Below, one piece after another: positions 19,039 through 28,463 of a DNA stretch of 64,000 nucleotides (the stretch's first letter is position 1; every line of letters begins with the position of its first letter). Position numbers and translations under genes: made by a program. Under the pieces are notes generated by a model. It had not been told where the DNA came from. It searched no databases and saw only the letters and a list, made by a program, of their open reading frames with translations. This stretch comes from an uncultured Ignavibacteriaceae bacterium. GTDB lineage: Bacteria; Bacteroidota; Ignavibacteria; Ignavibacteriales; Ignavibacteriaceae. The stretch covers positions 33,122 to 97,121 of the forward strand of contig CAVORE010000008.1 in the NCBI GenBank assembly GCA_963698525.1. Direction: 5' to 3'.

Positions 19039-20856
19039 ATGAGAAATAAGAATTATTTGCCACCGAAAAAGAAATACGGCGGATTAAGTATTTTGTACGG
19101 AATTACCTTCCTTTCTCCATTAACATATTCGATGATTGTGTATGAAATGGATGTAGTTCAAAGGATGGTCTTCTTTTGTCTTTCACTTATTTTATTCCTG
19201 GTATTTATTCTCAAACTAAAAACTGATGATTCAATCCGGCTTCATAAGTATTTGACTGTTTTGATTATTCTGTTTCCTTTTACTTTTCTTACAGCCTTCG
19301 TGAACGACAGCGAGTCGCTGCTGCTTTTAAAATTTAGTGATATAATCATTCCGCTTTCAATTATCCTGCAATCTTCAATAGTGTTTTTCATTCTTGGTGA
19401 AGAAAAATTTTTTAGAGTAGTTTCCTACGCTGTGGTGATACTATCAACCGTTTTCAGTTTAATTGGTATATTAGAAATTCTTGAGATAAATATACTTTCA
19501 CTACCGACTGTCGTTCCACCAGGTTCTGTGCTGGGGCACAGAGGTTTTGCTGCTGAGTATCTGTTGTCTGCAATACCATTCATTTTAATTGCAAATGAAT
19601 ACATCAAAAAAGATAAAAAGTATCTGTTAATAGTTTCGGCGATGATTAATATTTCATTTTTGCTTTTTACCCGCAGTCGTGCCGGACTAATAATCTTAAT
19701 TTTTTCTGTCTTAATCTATATTGCTTTCATTTTTATTAACAGAAAGAAGGGAAGGAGATTAAAAACGTTGATTCCGGTTTTGGCAGTGGTAATTAGTTCT
19801 TTCTTCATTTCCTTAATTCCGGTTAAAATTGGTGAGAGACCAGACTTTACATCTACGGCAGATACTTTTTTTGACGAAAATTTTAAAAGTAATATGCTTC
19901 GCCTGAATTTTCTGGATGCTACTTTACAAATGATTAAAGAAGATCCAGTCATGGGTAAAGGATTGTTTAAGTGGAGTGGGTACTATCCTAAATATCATGG
20001 CGAATATTTTAACGACAAAAATTTGTTCTATGTTCATAACGTACATGCTCATAATGATTTTCTTGAAATATTTGCTGAGAGCGGTTTAGCATCTGCATTA
20101 ATTTTTGCGCTGATCTATTTTACAATTGCTTTCATACTTTTTAAAAGAAGCTGGAAAAATGAAAAATACTTTCCGTTGTTTTTAACTATTCTTATTACTG
20201 CCGGATTTTCTTTTTCTTCTTTCCCTAATCATAAATTTGCATCATATTTTCTTGCGGCAGTGGTGAGTGGAACGGCTTTGGTTTCTTCTGCTGAATATGG
20301 GAATAAGAGCATTACAATAAAATTTGATAATCTTAAATGGGTTCTGCTCGTTCTGATATTTCTTGGAGGGATTGTTTCTTACATTAAGCTCAAATCAGAA
20401 ATAAGCTACGGACAAGCAATTTACCTGAAGGAAAATAGGCAATACCCATTAATGCTTCAGAAGTTGGAAGAAATATCAAATATTTTTTATCCGCTGGATT
20501 CATCAAAACAACCTGTTGATTATTATCGGGGTATAGCAAATTCCTATTTGGGAAGAAATGCAGAAGCGTTGAATAATACTCTCTCTGCCCGGCAATTAGC
20601 ACCATTTAATCCAATTGTTTGGCGAAATATAGCTGGTGCATACCGGTCATTGGGAAATATTAATAGTGCTGTTGAACAATATGAAAATCTCAGGCATCAA
20701 TTCCCAAATTACATAAATGCTCAACTTAATCTTCTCGACATATACATTGAATTGGGACATACTGAACAAGCTAAACTTCTCTACTCAGAAATTTCAGGCA
20801 AATCTCCTGACAATCCACGCCTTCAAGAATACAAAAATAAATTTCCGACCGACTAA
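19039..20856 (+). CDS. O-antigen ligase/polymerase-like (Wzy_C) membrane protein with C-terminal TPR repeats
   Basis: About 10 or more hydrophobic segments. HNVHAHNDFLEIFAESGL resembles the Wzy_C/O-antigen-ligase loop. The C-terminal 150 aa carry TPR-like repeats (YYRGIANSYLGRNAEAL..., WRNIAGAYRSLGNINSAVEQY...). Confidence 0.75.
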   Translation: MRNKNYLPPKKKYGGLSILYGITFLSPLTYSMIVYEMDVVQRMVFFCLSLILFLVFILKLKTDDSIRLHKYLTVLIILFPFTFLTAFVNDSESLLLLKFSDIIIPLSIILQSSIVFFILGEEKFFRVVSYAVVILSTVFSLIGILEILEINILSLPTVVPPGSVLGHRGFAAEYLLSAIPFILIANEYIKKDKKYLLIVSAMINISFLLFTRSRAGLIILIFSVLIYIAFIFINRKKGRRLKTLIPVLAVVISSFFISLIPVKIGERPDFTSTADTFFDENFKSNMLRLNFLDATLQMIKEDPVMGKGLFKWSGYYPKYHGEYFNDKNLFYVHNVHAHNDFLEIFAESGLASALIFALIYFTIAFILFKRSWKNEKYFPLFLTILITAGFSFSSFPNHKFASYFLAAVVSGTALVSSAEYGNKSITIKFDNLKWVLLVLIFLGGIVSYIKLKSEISYGQAIYLKENRQYPLMLQKLEEISNIFYPLDSSKQPVDYYRGIANSYLGRNAEALNNTLSARQLAPFNPIVWRNIAGAYRSLGNINSAVEQYENLRHQFPNYINAQLNLLDIYIELGHTEQAKLLYSEISGKSPDNPRLQEYKNKFPTD

Positions 20857-21007
20857 AGCTCAAAAATCCCTAATTATTTCAAAGTAGGTGAGCTTTTTCA
20901 CAGGTAATAGCTTGGGGTGAGTTTTCATTTTCTTATTTTTGGGTTAGAAATTATTCGCTTTCCCGCAAATCGGGAGTCTTTTCTCAAATGCAAATAAAGA
21001 GGGAATT

Positions 21008-22630
21008 ATGGAAAAACTTCTTCTCCTCGGTGCCGAAGCAATTGCTCAGGGCGCGATAGACGGGGGAATGTCTGGTATTTATGCTTATCCCGGTACACCT
21101 TCTACAGAAATAACTGAATATGTTCAACATAATAAAACGGCAATAGAGAGAAATATTCATCGGCAGTGGTCGGCTAATGAGAAGACTGCAATGGAAGCAG
21201 CTCTTGGAATGAGCTACGCTGGAAAACGTGCAATGGTTTGTATGAAGCACGTAGGATTAAATGTTGCTGCCGATGCGTTTATCAACTCTGCAATTACCGG
21301 TGTTAACGGCGGATTGGTTATCACAGTTGCAGATGATCCATCTATGCATTCATCTCAGAATGAACAGGACTCACGCTTCTTCGGAAAGTTTGCGATGATT
21401 CCAATCCTTGAACCTGCAAACCAGCAGGAAGCTTATGATATGGCTTATGAAGGTTTTGAGCTGTCTGAAAAATTCAAAATTCCTGTGTTGATAAGAATTA
21501 CAACCAGACTTTCTCATTCTCGCTCAGGAGTTGAAAGAAGGGAAATCAAAAAGGAAAATAATCTTACTTACCCCGAAGATCCTATTCAATTTGTTCTTCT
21601 TCCATCAAATGCAAGAAAGAGATACAAAGGATTGCTATCCATTCAATCTCTGATTGAGCAGGAATCGGAGCACTCAGTTTATAATACCTATTTTCCCGGA
21701 AGGGATAAATCACTCGGCATAATTGTTTGTGGAATTGCATTTAATTATTTGAAAGAAAATTATCAGAACAAAGGTTGTCCTCATCCAGTTCTTCAGATTA
21801 ATCAATATCCACTTCCTTTTACAAAAGTAGAAAAAATAGTTAATGAATGTGAAAAAGTTCTTGTTCTGGAAGATGGTTATCCATTTGTTGAAGAGCAGTT
21901 AAGAGGCTTCCTGAATATTAACGCAAATATTATTGGACGACTGAATGGCACAATTCCTCGTGACGGCGAATTGAATCCTGATATTGTTGCTAAAGCATTG
22001 GGCAAAGAAGTTAAACAAGGATTACCGGTTCCAAAAGTTGTTGCTAACCGTCCGCCTGAACTTTGTTCCGGTTGCAGTCACCGTGACATTTACAACGCAC
22101 TTAATGAAACGATGAAAGAATTCGGTAAGCAAAAAGTTTTTTCTGATATTGGTTGTTATACACTTGGTGCATTGCCTCCCTGGAATTCAATTAATTCTTG
22201 TGTTGATATGGGTGCATCAATCACCATGGCAAAAGGTGCTGCTGATGCAGGTGTTCGTCCTTCAATCGCAGTTATTGGTGATTCAACTTTCACACATAGC
22301 GGAATGACCGCGCTTCTTGATTGTGTATATGAGAATACTCCTGTTACAGTTATCATTTCGGATAATGCAACTACCGCAATGACAGGCGGACAGGCATCTC
22401 ACGCAACAGGAAGACTTGAAGAAATTTGCATCGGTCTAGGTGTTAAATCGGAACACGTTAAAGTTCTTACTCCTCTTCCTAAATATCATGAAGAGATGGT
22501 AAAATCCTTACGAGAAGAATTTCTTTATGAGGGAGTATCTGTAATTATTCCGAGAAGAGAGTGTATTGTGCAGGCAGTTGCGAAGAATAAGAAAGAAGGA
22601 AAATTGAAAAAAGAGGAGATTGAATCGTGA
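21008..22630 (+). CDS. iorA: Indolepyruvate:ferredoxin oxidoreductase, alpha (TPP-binding) subunit
   Basis: LLGAEAIAQGAIDGG..YAYPGTPSTEI at the N-terminus and the VIGDSTFTHSGMTALL TPP-binding motif. It is translationally coupled to the beta subunit with a 4-nt overlap. Confidence 0.8.
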   Translation: MEKLLLLGAEAIAQGAIDGGMSGIYAYPGTPSTEITEYVQHNKTAIERNIHRQWSANEKTAMEAALGMSYAGKRAMVCMKHVGLNVAADAFINSAITGVNGGLVITVADDPSMHSSQNEQDSRFFGKFAMIPILEPANQQEAYDMAYEGFELSEKFKIPVLIRITTRLSHSRSGVERREIKKENNLTYPEDPIQFVLLPSNARKRYKGLLSIQSLIEQESEHSVYNTYFPGRDKSLGIIVCGIAFNYLKENYQNKGCPHPVLQINQYPLPFTKVEKIVNECEKVLVLEDGYPFVEEQLRGFLNINANIIGRLNGTIPRDGELNPDIVAKALGKEVKQGLPVPKVVANRPPELCSGCSHRDIYNALNETMKEFGKQKVFSDIGCYTLGALPPWNSINSCVDMGASITMAKGAADAGVRPSIAVIGDSTFTHSGMTALLDCVYENTPVTVIISDNATTAMTGGQASHATGRLEEICIGLGVKSEHVKVLTPLPKYHEEMVKSLREEFLYEGVSVIIPRRECIVQAVAKNKKEGKLKKEEIES

Positions 22631-23232
22631 AATCAGATATAATCTTAGCAGGTGTCGGAGGTCAGGGAATACTTTCTATTGCTGCAACAATAGGAATGGC
22701 AGCCCTTGAAAATCATCTTCATTTAAAACAGGCAGAAGTTCACGGGATGAGTCAGCGTGGTGGAGCCGTTCAATCTCATTTAAGAATTTCCCCGAACGAA
22801 ATTTCAAGCGACTTAATTCCACTCGGTAGAGCCGATTTAATTATTTCCGTTGAGCCGATGGAGTCACTTCGTTACCTACCATGGCTTTCTGAAAATGGCT
22901 GGCTGGTTACAAATACAACTCCTTTTGTCAACATACCTGATTATCCAGATATGAAAGAGCTGCTTGCAGAAATAGAAAAACTTCCTCATCATATTGCTAT
23001 AAATGCAGATGAAATTGCCCGGCAGGTAAAGTCGCTCCGCTCATCAAATATAGTAATGCTGGGTGCTGCTTCACCTTTTCTGGACATTCCTTATGAAAGT
23101 CTTGAAATTGGAATAAAAAAAATCTTTGGAAGAAAAGGGGAGAAGATCGTTCAGTTAAATTTGGATGCGTTAAAAGCTGGTCGTGCATTTGCCTTAGAGC
23201 ATACACCGGTGGATTTAAGTAATGGTAAATAG
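22627..23232 (+). CDS. iorB: Indolepyruvate:ferredoxin oxidoreductase, beta subunit
   Basis: DIILAGVGGQGILSIA is the pyruvate/ketoisovalerate oxidoreductase gamma-type domain. 201 aa, directly after iorA. Confidence 0.8.
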   Translation: MKSDIILAGVGGQGILSIAATIGMAALENHLHLKQAEVHGMSQRGGAVQSHLRISPNEISSDLIPLGRADLIISVEPMESLRYLPWLSENGWLVTNTTPFVNIPDYPDMKELLAEIEKLPHHIAINADEIARQVKSLRSSNIVMLGAASPFLDIPYESLEIGIKKIFGRKGEKIVQLNLDALKAGRAFALEHTPVDLSNGK

Positions 23233-23728
23233 AATATTGAACTTAACACCTAGCTGTCTCAAGATGGATCAAAATAAATTACGAGTTTCTTTCTATGAGA
23301 ACTAAAAGCTTTTTTTAATCATAAGAGAAACTTTTGTGATTGTAAATAATTATTTTTCCACAGTTGAATATCCCATTGCTTTTAGAGCACTATAAAGCCA
23401 TCTAGAGATATTTAATACCCGATCCTTCAAATTTTCCAATATATCCACATCCATTTTTTTGCAGAATATTAGTTTCTAAGATTATCATAAAAAGTGAATT
23501 GTCGGCATAAAAGTTGATTTTCAACAAACGATTTCAAGAGAGGATAGCTTTTAGGGAACCGGATTGTAAGTACAAAAATGACGAAATAGAGATCTGGTAA
23601 ATAATATATAATGCTCATTATTGAACTTATTTATTACATAATAATCTCGCTATATTCTGGATAGTTACAGAGTTTCTTATAATCCGTTAATATTGAGCCA
23701 GGATTTTTTTAATTAAAAGGGCAATCTA

Positions 23729-25261
23729 GTGTCTAAAAAATTTACTTGTTTTGTAGTTGGTGAAGATTCACTTCTTATTAAATGCTGTGAAACTCTCCTG
23801 GATAAGTCGCACGATATATTTGGAATAATCTCATCAAGTCAATCAATAAAAAAATGGGCATCAGAAAATAACATAAAAGTTTATGAGTTAGACGCAAACC
23901 TTATTAGTGTATTATCTTCAAAACCTTTCGATTACCTTTTCAGTATTACAAATTTGTCTATCCTAAAAGATGAAGTTATTAATTCTCCTCGTAAAGCGGC
24001 AATAAACTTTCACGACGGACCGTTACCAAAATATGCAGGAATCAACGCAACATCCTGGGCATTGATGAATCGGGAAAAGAAATATGCAATTACGTGGCAT
24101 GAAATAACCAGTGAAATTGATAAGGGCGATATTTTAAAGCAGGTTCATTTGGTTATTGATGATGGAGAAATTGCACTTTCACTGAATGCAAAATGTTTTG
24201 AAGCAGGAGCTTCTGCTTTTGAAGAATTAGTTGAGGAACTAGCTAATGGAACTGTCCAGAGAATTAAACAGGATTTTTCAAAAAGATCATATTTCGGCAA
24301 ATTTAAAAGACCTGATTCTGCTGCAATTATTGATTGGAACAGTGATGCTGAAAGTATTTTGTCATTTGTTCATGCACTAAATTTTGGCAGGTATAGAAAT
24401 CCTCTTGGACTGCCGAAAATAAAAATTGGTGAAAAGTATTTTCTTATTCCGGAACTTGAAATTACTAATCCAAAATCAAAAGAGGCACCTGGAACAATTA
24501 CGGCAGCCAATGAAAAATACTTTGAGGTTTCAACAAAGACTAATTCTGTAAGATTTAGTAAAGTTCTTTCAATTGATGGTTTAGCAATTTCATTGGTGAA
24601 CCTGATCGAGCAATTTTCATTAAAATCAGGAACAAGATTAAATCAGGTTGACGGCGGATCCTCTAAAAGCATAACGGAATTCAATTCAGTTATTGCGAAT
24701 AAAGAAAATTATTGGATTAGAGAGCTAACAAATCTTGAAGCGATTAATTTTAATTATACAAAGCGAAATTCGAAAAGTGATCATTTAGCTGATCCAGCCG
24801 AAGAATATTTAAAGATTTCTAAAAAAGCTTTTAGCACATTTAAGATTGATGAGAACCAACTTCCAACACTTATCCTTTCTCTTTTTTCAATCTTCATTGG
24901 TCGCCACAGCGGAAAGAATAATTTTACTCTTGGATATTCTAATTCAGAATTACTGGAGAATCAGAAAAAGTTCGGAAACCTATTTGCAGAGATTGTTCCC
25001 GCTAATATTTATTTTAATCCTGAAGAGAGCCTTAATGATGCTGTAATTAAGTTAATTGAGGGATTTAATAAAATTGATAAGAATAAAACATTCATAAAAG
25101 ATGTTTTCCCACGTCATCCGGAATTATTACACTTTGTAAATGAAGGCGGAGAACCTGTTTATCCAGTTGCTGCTGTGATCATTAAAGATCAATCTGATTT
25201 TAAGCCTCAGCCAAGCAACGTATTGACTTTTGTCATTTCCTCAGATTGTAGTACCGATTAA
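23729..25261 (+). CDS. NRPS starter fragment: formyltransferase (F) domain + C-terminal lobe of a condensation-like domain (frame-broken from the next ORF)
   Basis: GTG start. INFHDGPLPKYAGINA (Fmt Asn/His motif), HEITSEIDKGDIL (catalytic Asp region) and an Fmt C-terminal subdomain (IDWNSDAESILSFVHAL). From about residue 320, ENYWIRELTNLEAINFNYTKR... is typical of the second half of C domains. There is no HHxxxDG. Confidence 0.75.
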   Translation: MSKKFTCFVVGEDSLLIKCCETLLDKSHDIFGIISSSQSIKKWASENNIKVYELDANLISVLSSKPFDYLFSITNLSILKDEVINSPRKAAINFHDGPLPKYAGINATSWALMNREKKYAITWHEITSEIDKGDILKQVHLVIDDGEIALSLNAKCFEAGASAFEELVEELANGTVQRIKQDFSKRSYFGKFKRPDSAAIIDWNSDAESILSFVHALNFGRYRNPLGLPKIKIGEKYFLIPELEITNPKSKEAPGTITAANEKYFEVSTKTNSVRFSKVLSIDGLAISLVNLIEQFSLKSGTRLNQVDGGSSKSITEFNSVIANKENYWIRELTNLEAINFNYTKRNSKSDHLADPAEEYLKISKKAFSTFKIDENQLPTLILSLFSIFIGRHSGKNNFTLGYSNSELLENQKKFGNLFAEIVPANIYFNPEESLNDAVIKLIEGFNKIDKNKTFIKDVFPRHPELLHFVNEGGEPVYPVAAVIIKDQSDFKPQPSNVLTFVISSDCSTD

Positions 25262-28200
25262 GTTTGTTTACAACTCTGCTTCAATAAGTGTTGATGATAT
25301 GAAGTTGTTAAAAGAACAGTTTACAGCTTTTATTGAGGGAACCTCTGTTCTTAAAGAATCACCCATAACCGAAATTGCTATTATCTCTTCGGAAGAAAAA
25401 AGAAAATTATTAGAAGAATGGAATAAAACGAACACGACATATTCGATTGATAAATGCATTCATCAGCTTTTTGAAGAACAGGTTGTTAAAACTCCTTCGG
25501 CTATTGCTGTCTTCTGCAAAGGTGAATCACTTACTTATGATGAACTTAACAAAAAATCAAATCAGCTCGCAAAGAAATTGAAGAAATCAGGCGTCGGTGC
25601 AGAAACGCTCATTGGCATTAGTTTGCATAGATCAGTTGATATGATGATAGCTATTCTCGGAGTGTTAAAAGCCGGCGGAGCGTATGTCCCTCTTGATCCT
25701 GAATTCCCTAAAGACAGAATTTTATATATGGTTCAGGATTCAAAATGTTCCGTAATCATTACGGAACAAAAATTAAAGAAAGAATTTGACTCTGTTAAAG
25801 CAAAGCTCATTTCAATTGATAATGATTGGAAAGAAATTTCAAAAGAATCAGGTGACAATTCTAAAAGTAGTGTTACGTCAAATAATCTATCATATGTAAT
25901 TTATACATCAGGCTCAACCGGAAAGCCAAAAGGTGTAATGGTTCAACATAGGAATGTAGTTAACTTTTTTGCCGGAATGGATAAGCACATCAAATTCGAT
26001 CCTCCTGGTGTATGGCTTGCAGTTACCAGTTTATCCTTCGATATCTCGGTACTGGAATTACTATGGACGTTGTGCCGTGGATTCAAAGTCGTTATATATG
26101 CTGAAGAAGATTGGAAATCAGAACAACTAAAATCAACAATACTAAAGAATCAGCAGAGAATTGACTTCAGCTTGTTTTATTTTTCAAGTTACGCGAGTGA
26201 AAATCCGAATGAGAAATACCGGTTATTAGTTGAAGGAGCAAAATTCGCAGACCAAAACAGGTTTACTGCAGTCTGGACTCCTGAAAGACATTTTCATGAC
26301 TTTGGTGGATTGTATCCGAATCCAGCAGTAACAAGCGCTGCCCTGGCAACGATAACGAAACATTTGAGAATTATGAGCGGTAGTTGTGTATCCCCCTTGC
26401 ATCATCCTCTAAGAATTGCCGAGGACTGGTCAATAGTTGATAACCTATCAAATGGAAGAGTAGGAATTTCTTTTGCAGCAGGATGGCAACCTATAGATTT
26501 TACTTTGATGCCTCAAAATTACGAGAGGCGCAAGGATATAATGTTTGAGCAGATTGAAATTATTAAGAAATTATGGAGAGGTGAAGCCGTTGAGTTCGAT
26601 TCACCGATTGGTAAAAAGGTAGGAATAAAAACATTACCGAGGCCGATTCAGAAAGAACTTCCTGTATGGATAACAGCAGCTAATAATCCAGAAACATTTC
26701 AGATGGCAGGTGAAAAGGGATTTTATTTGTTAACTCACCTTCTCGGGCAATCAATCGAGGAGCTTGAAGATAAGATTGCAATTTATCGCAAAGCATGGAA
26801 ATCAAACGGACATCCTGGAAATGGTTACATTTCTCTTATGCTTCATACATTTGTGGGAGAAAATCTTGAAGAAGTAAAGGAAACGGTTCGTGAACCCATG
26901 AAACATTATCTTAACAGCGCTGTAAACCTGGTAAAGCTTGCATCGTGGTATTTTCCCACCTATAATAAACTTAACGATAGTTTTAATGAAGCTGCAGAAC
27001 ACCTTACTAAAGAGGATATGGACGCGATCCTAAATCATTCATTTGAAAGATACTTTGAAACCAGTGCCTTGCTTGGAACTCCTGAAACTTGCCTGGAAAC
27101 AGTAGAAAAACTAAAGAAAGTTGGCGTCGATGAAGCCGCATGCCTTATTGACTTTGGTGTTGAATCTGAAAAAGTGCTTTCGCATTTGCAGTATCTCAAT
27201 GCAGTTAAAACGCTGGCAAATTTAGGAGTCCGTGAACAAGCTGCCGTGGATGAAGATGAAAATTATTCCATTACTGAATTAATTAATCAACAGAAAGTTA
27301 CTCACTTACAATGTACTCCTTCGATGGCTAAAATTTTAATGCTTGAAGTTGAGTCTAAAAGAGCACTAAAGAATATTAAATGCTTAATGATTGGCGGAGA
27401 GGCTTTCCCGGTTAATCTGGCACAAGAATTAAAAGAAACCGTCAGCGGTAAAATATTGAATATGTATGGACCAACAGAAACTACAGTCTGGTCTTCAATT
27501 CATAAAATTGATGAACTAAACGATTCAATACCTATTGGCAAACCGATTGCTAATACTGAAATTTTTATATTAGATAATTACCATCAGTTAGTACCTATCG
27601 GAGTTCCGGGAGAGTTGTGTATAGGAGGAGATGGGGTTGTTAGGGGATATTTTGAAAGACCCGAACTGACAAAGGAAAAATTCATAACATTCTCATTAAA
27701 CGGCACACAAATCCAGAAACGGATTTACAAAACAGGTGATCTTGCCTGCTACAGAAAAGATGGAACAATAGAATTTCTTGGACGACTTGATCATCAGGTC
27801 AAAATTCGTGGCTACAGAATTGAATTAGGAGAGATTGAAACAGCACTCGGGAAACACTCACAAATTAGGGAAGCAGTTGTAGTTGTACGGGAAGATAAAC
27901 CGGGAGAGAAAAGATTAGTTGCTTACCTGGTCGGATCTTCTGGCGTAAATCCTTCTACAATAAATCTTAGGAATTTTCTGAAAGAATCGCTCCCGGAGTA
28001 TATGATCCCTTCACTTTTTTCTTTCGTGGAAGAATTTCCGCTAACTCCAAATGGTAAAGTAGATAGGAATGCCTTGCCTGAACCTGAATCTGAGAGACCG
28101 GCGCTGGACAAAGCATTTGAAACACCGCAAACCCCTACTGAAGTAACACTTGCTAATTTATGGAGTCAGGTTCTTGGTATTGAAGGAATTGGGCTTCACG

Positions 28201-28412
28201 ATAACTTCTTTGATTTGGGTGGTCATTCATTATCAGCGGTTCAGATAACTGTAAAAATTCATCAGTCATACAACATAGATTTATCTTTGCAAACATTCTT
28301 TCAGTCCTCTACTCTTAAAGAACTTGCAAATGCAATTGATGAAAAATTACTTGAGCAGGCTTCCGGTGAGCATTTAGAACAACTTTTACGTGAAGTTGAA
28401 AATTCAAAATAA
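25230..28412 (+). CDS. NRPS A-T didomain; A domain (Gly-like code) interrupted by a luciferase-like monooxygenase
   Basis: LSYVIYTSGSTGKPKGV (A3), SLSFDISVLELLW (A4), then a 355-aa LLM insert, then HLQCTPSMA (A5), NMYGPTETTVWSS, YKTGDL, GRLDHQVKIRGYRIELGEIE (A8), LPEYMIP (A9), PNGKVDR (A10) and FFDLGGHSLSAVQ (carrier Ser codon 28227-28229). Confidence 0.85.
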   Translation: MSFPQIVVPIKFVYNSASISVDDMKLLKEQFTAFIEGTSVLKESPITEIAIISSEEKRKLLEEWNKTNTTYSIDKCIHQLFEEQVVKTPSAIAVFCKGESLTYDELNKKSNQLAKKLKKSGVGAETLIGISLHRSVDMMIAILGVLKAGGAYVPLDPEFPKDRILYMVQDSKCSVIITEQKLKKEFDSVKAKLISIDNDWKEISKESGDNSKSSVTSNNLSYVIYTSGSTGKPKGVMVQHRNVVNFFAGMDKHIKFDPPGVWLAVTSLSFDISVLELLWTLCRGFKVVIYAEEDWKSEQLKSTILKNQQRIDFSLFYFSSYASENPNEKYRLLVEGAKFADQNRFTAVWTPERHFHDFGGLYPNPAVTSAALATITKHLRIMSGSCVSPLHHPLRIAEDWSIVDNLSNGRVGISFAAGWQPIDFTLMPQNYERRKDIMFEQIEIIKKLWRGEAVEFDSPIGKKVGIKTLPRPIQKELPVWITAANNPETFQMAGEKGFYLLTHLLGQSIEELEDKIAIYRKAWKSNGHPGNGYISLMLHTFVGENLEEVKETVREPMKHYLNSAVNLVKLASWYFPTYNKLNDSFNEAAEHLTKEDMDAILNHSFERYFETSALLGTPETCLETVEKLKKVGVDEAACLIDFGVESEKVLSHLQYLNAVKTLANLGVREQAAVDEDENYSITELINQQKVTHLQCTPSMAKILMLEVESKRALKNIKCLMIGGEAFPVNLAQELKETVSGKILNMYGPTETTVWSSIHKIDELNDSIPIGKPIANTEIFILDNYHQLVPIGVPGELCIGGDGVVRGYFERPELTKEKFITFSLNGTQIQKRIYKTGDLACYRKDGTIEFLGRLDHQVKIRGYRIELGEIETALGKHSQIREAVVVVREDKPGEKRLVAYLVGSSGVNPSTINLRNFLKESLPEYMIPSLFSFVEEFPLTPNGKVDRNALPEPESERPALDKAFETPQTPTEVTLANLWSQVLGIEGIGLHDNFFDLGGHSLSAVQITVKIHQSYNIDLSLQTFFQSSTLKELANAIDEKLLEQASGEHLEQLLREVENSK
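26160..27230 (+). other. Luciferase-like (FMN/F420-type) monooxygenase domain inserted between A4 and A5 (approximate bounds)
   Basis: IDFSLFYFSSYASENPNEKYRLLVEGAKFADQNRFTAVWTPERHFHDFGGLYPNPAVTSAALA...GRVGISFAAGWQP... This is a TIM-barrel LLM signature of the natural-product LLM type. Confidence 0.75.
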
Positions 28413-28463
28413 AAATATTATCTGAAAAGATAATGAAATCAATAACTAATTATTAGGTGTAAA

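Noticed and set aside
21008-23232. iorAB as part of the NRPS cluster (supplying arylacetyl-CoA to the LbH-T acyltransferase)
   Set aside because: The genes are co-directional and only 496 nt upstream, so the idea is tempting. However, IorAB is a common housekeeping amino-acid catabolic pair, the intergenic gap looks like a promoter region, and nothing in the sequence links the two. It would need co-conservation or co-expression data.
23233-23728. Short ORFs (13-34 aa) in the NRPS upstream region as candidate precursor peptides for the SPASM enzyme
   Set aside because: The ones I could read (for example MDQNKLRVSFYEN on the plus strand and a 34-aa minus-strand ORF starting MDVDILENL) have no RBS, no Cys/Ser/Thr-rich core and no leader-like features. 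A formal small-ORF search is still worthwhile.
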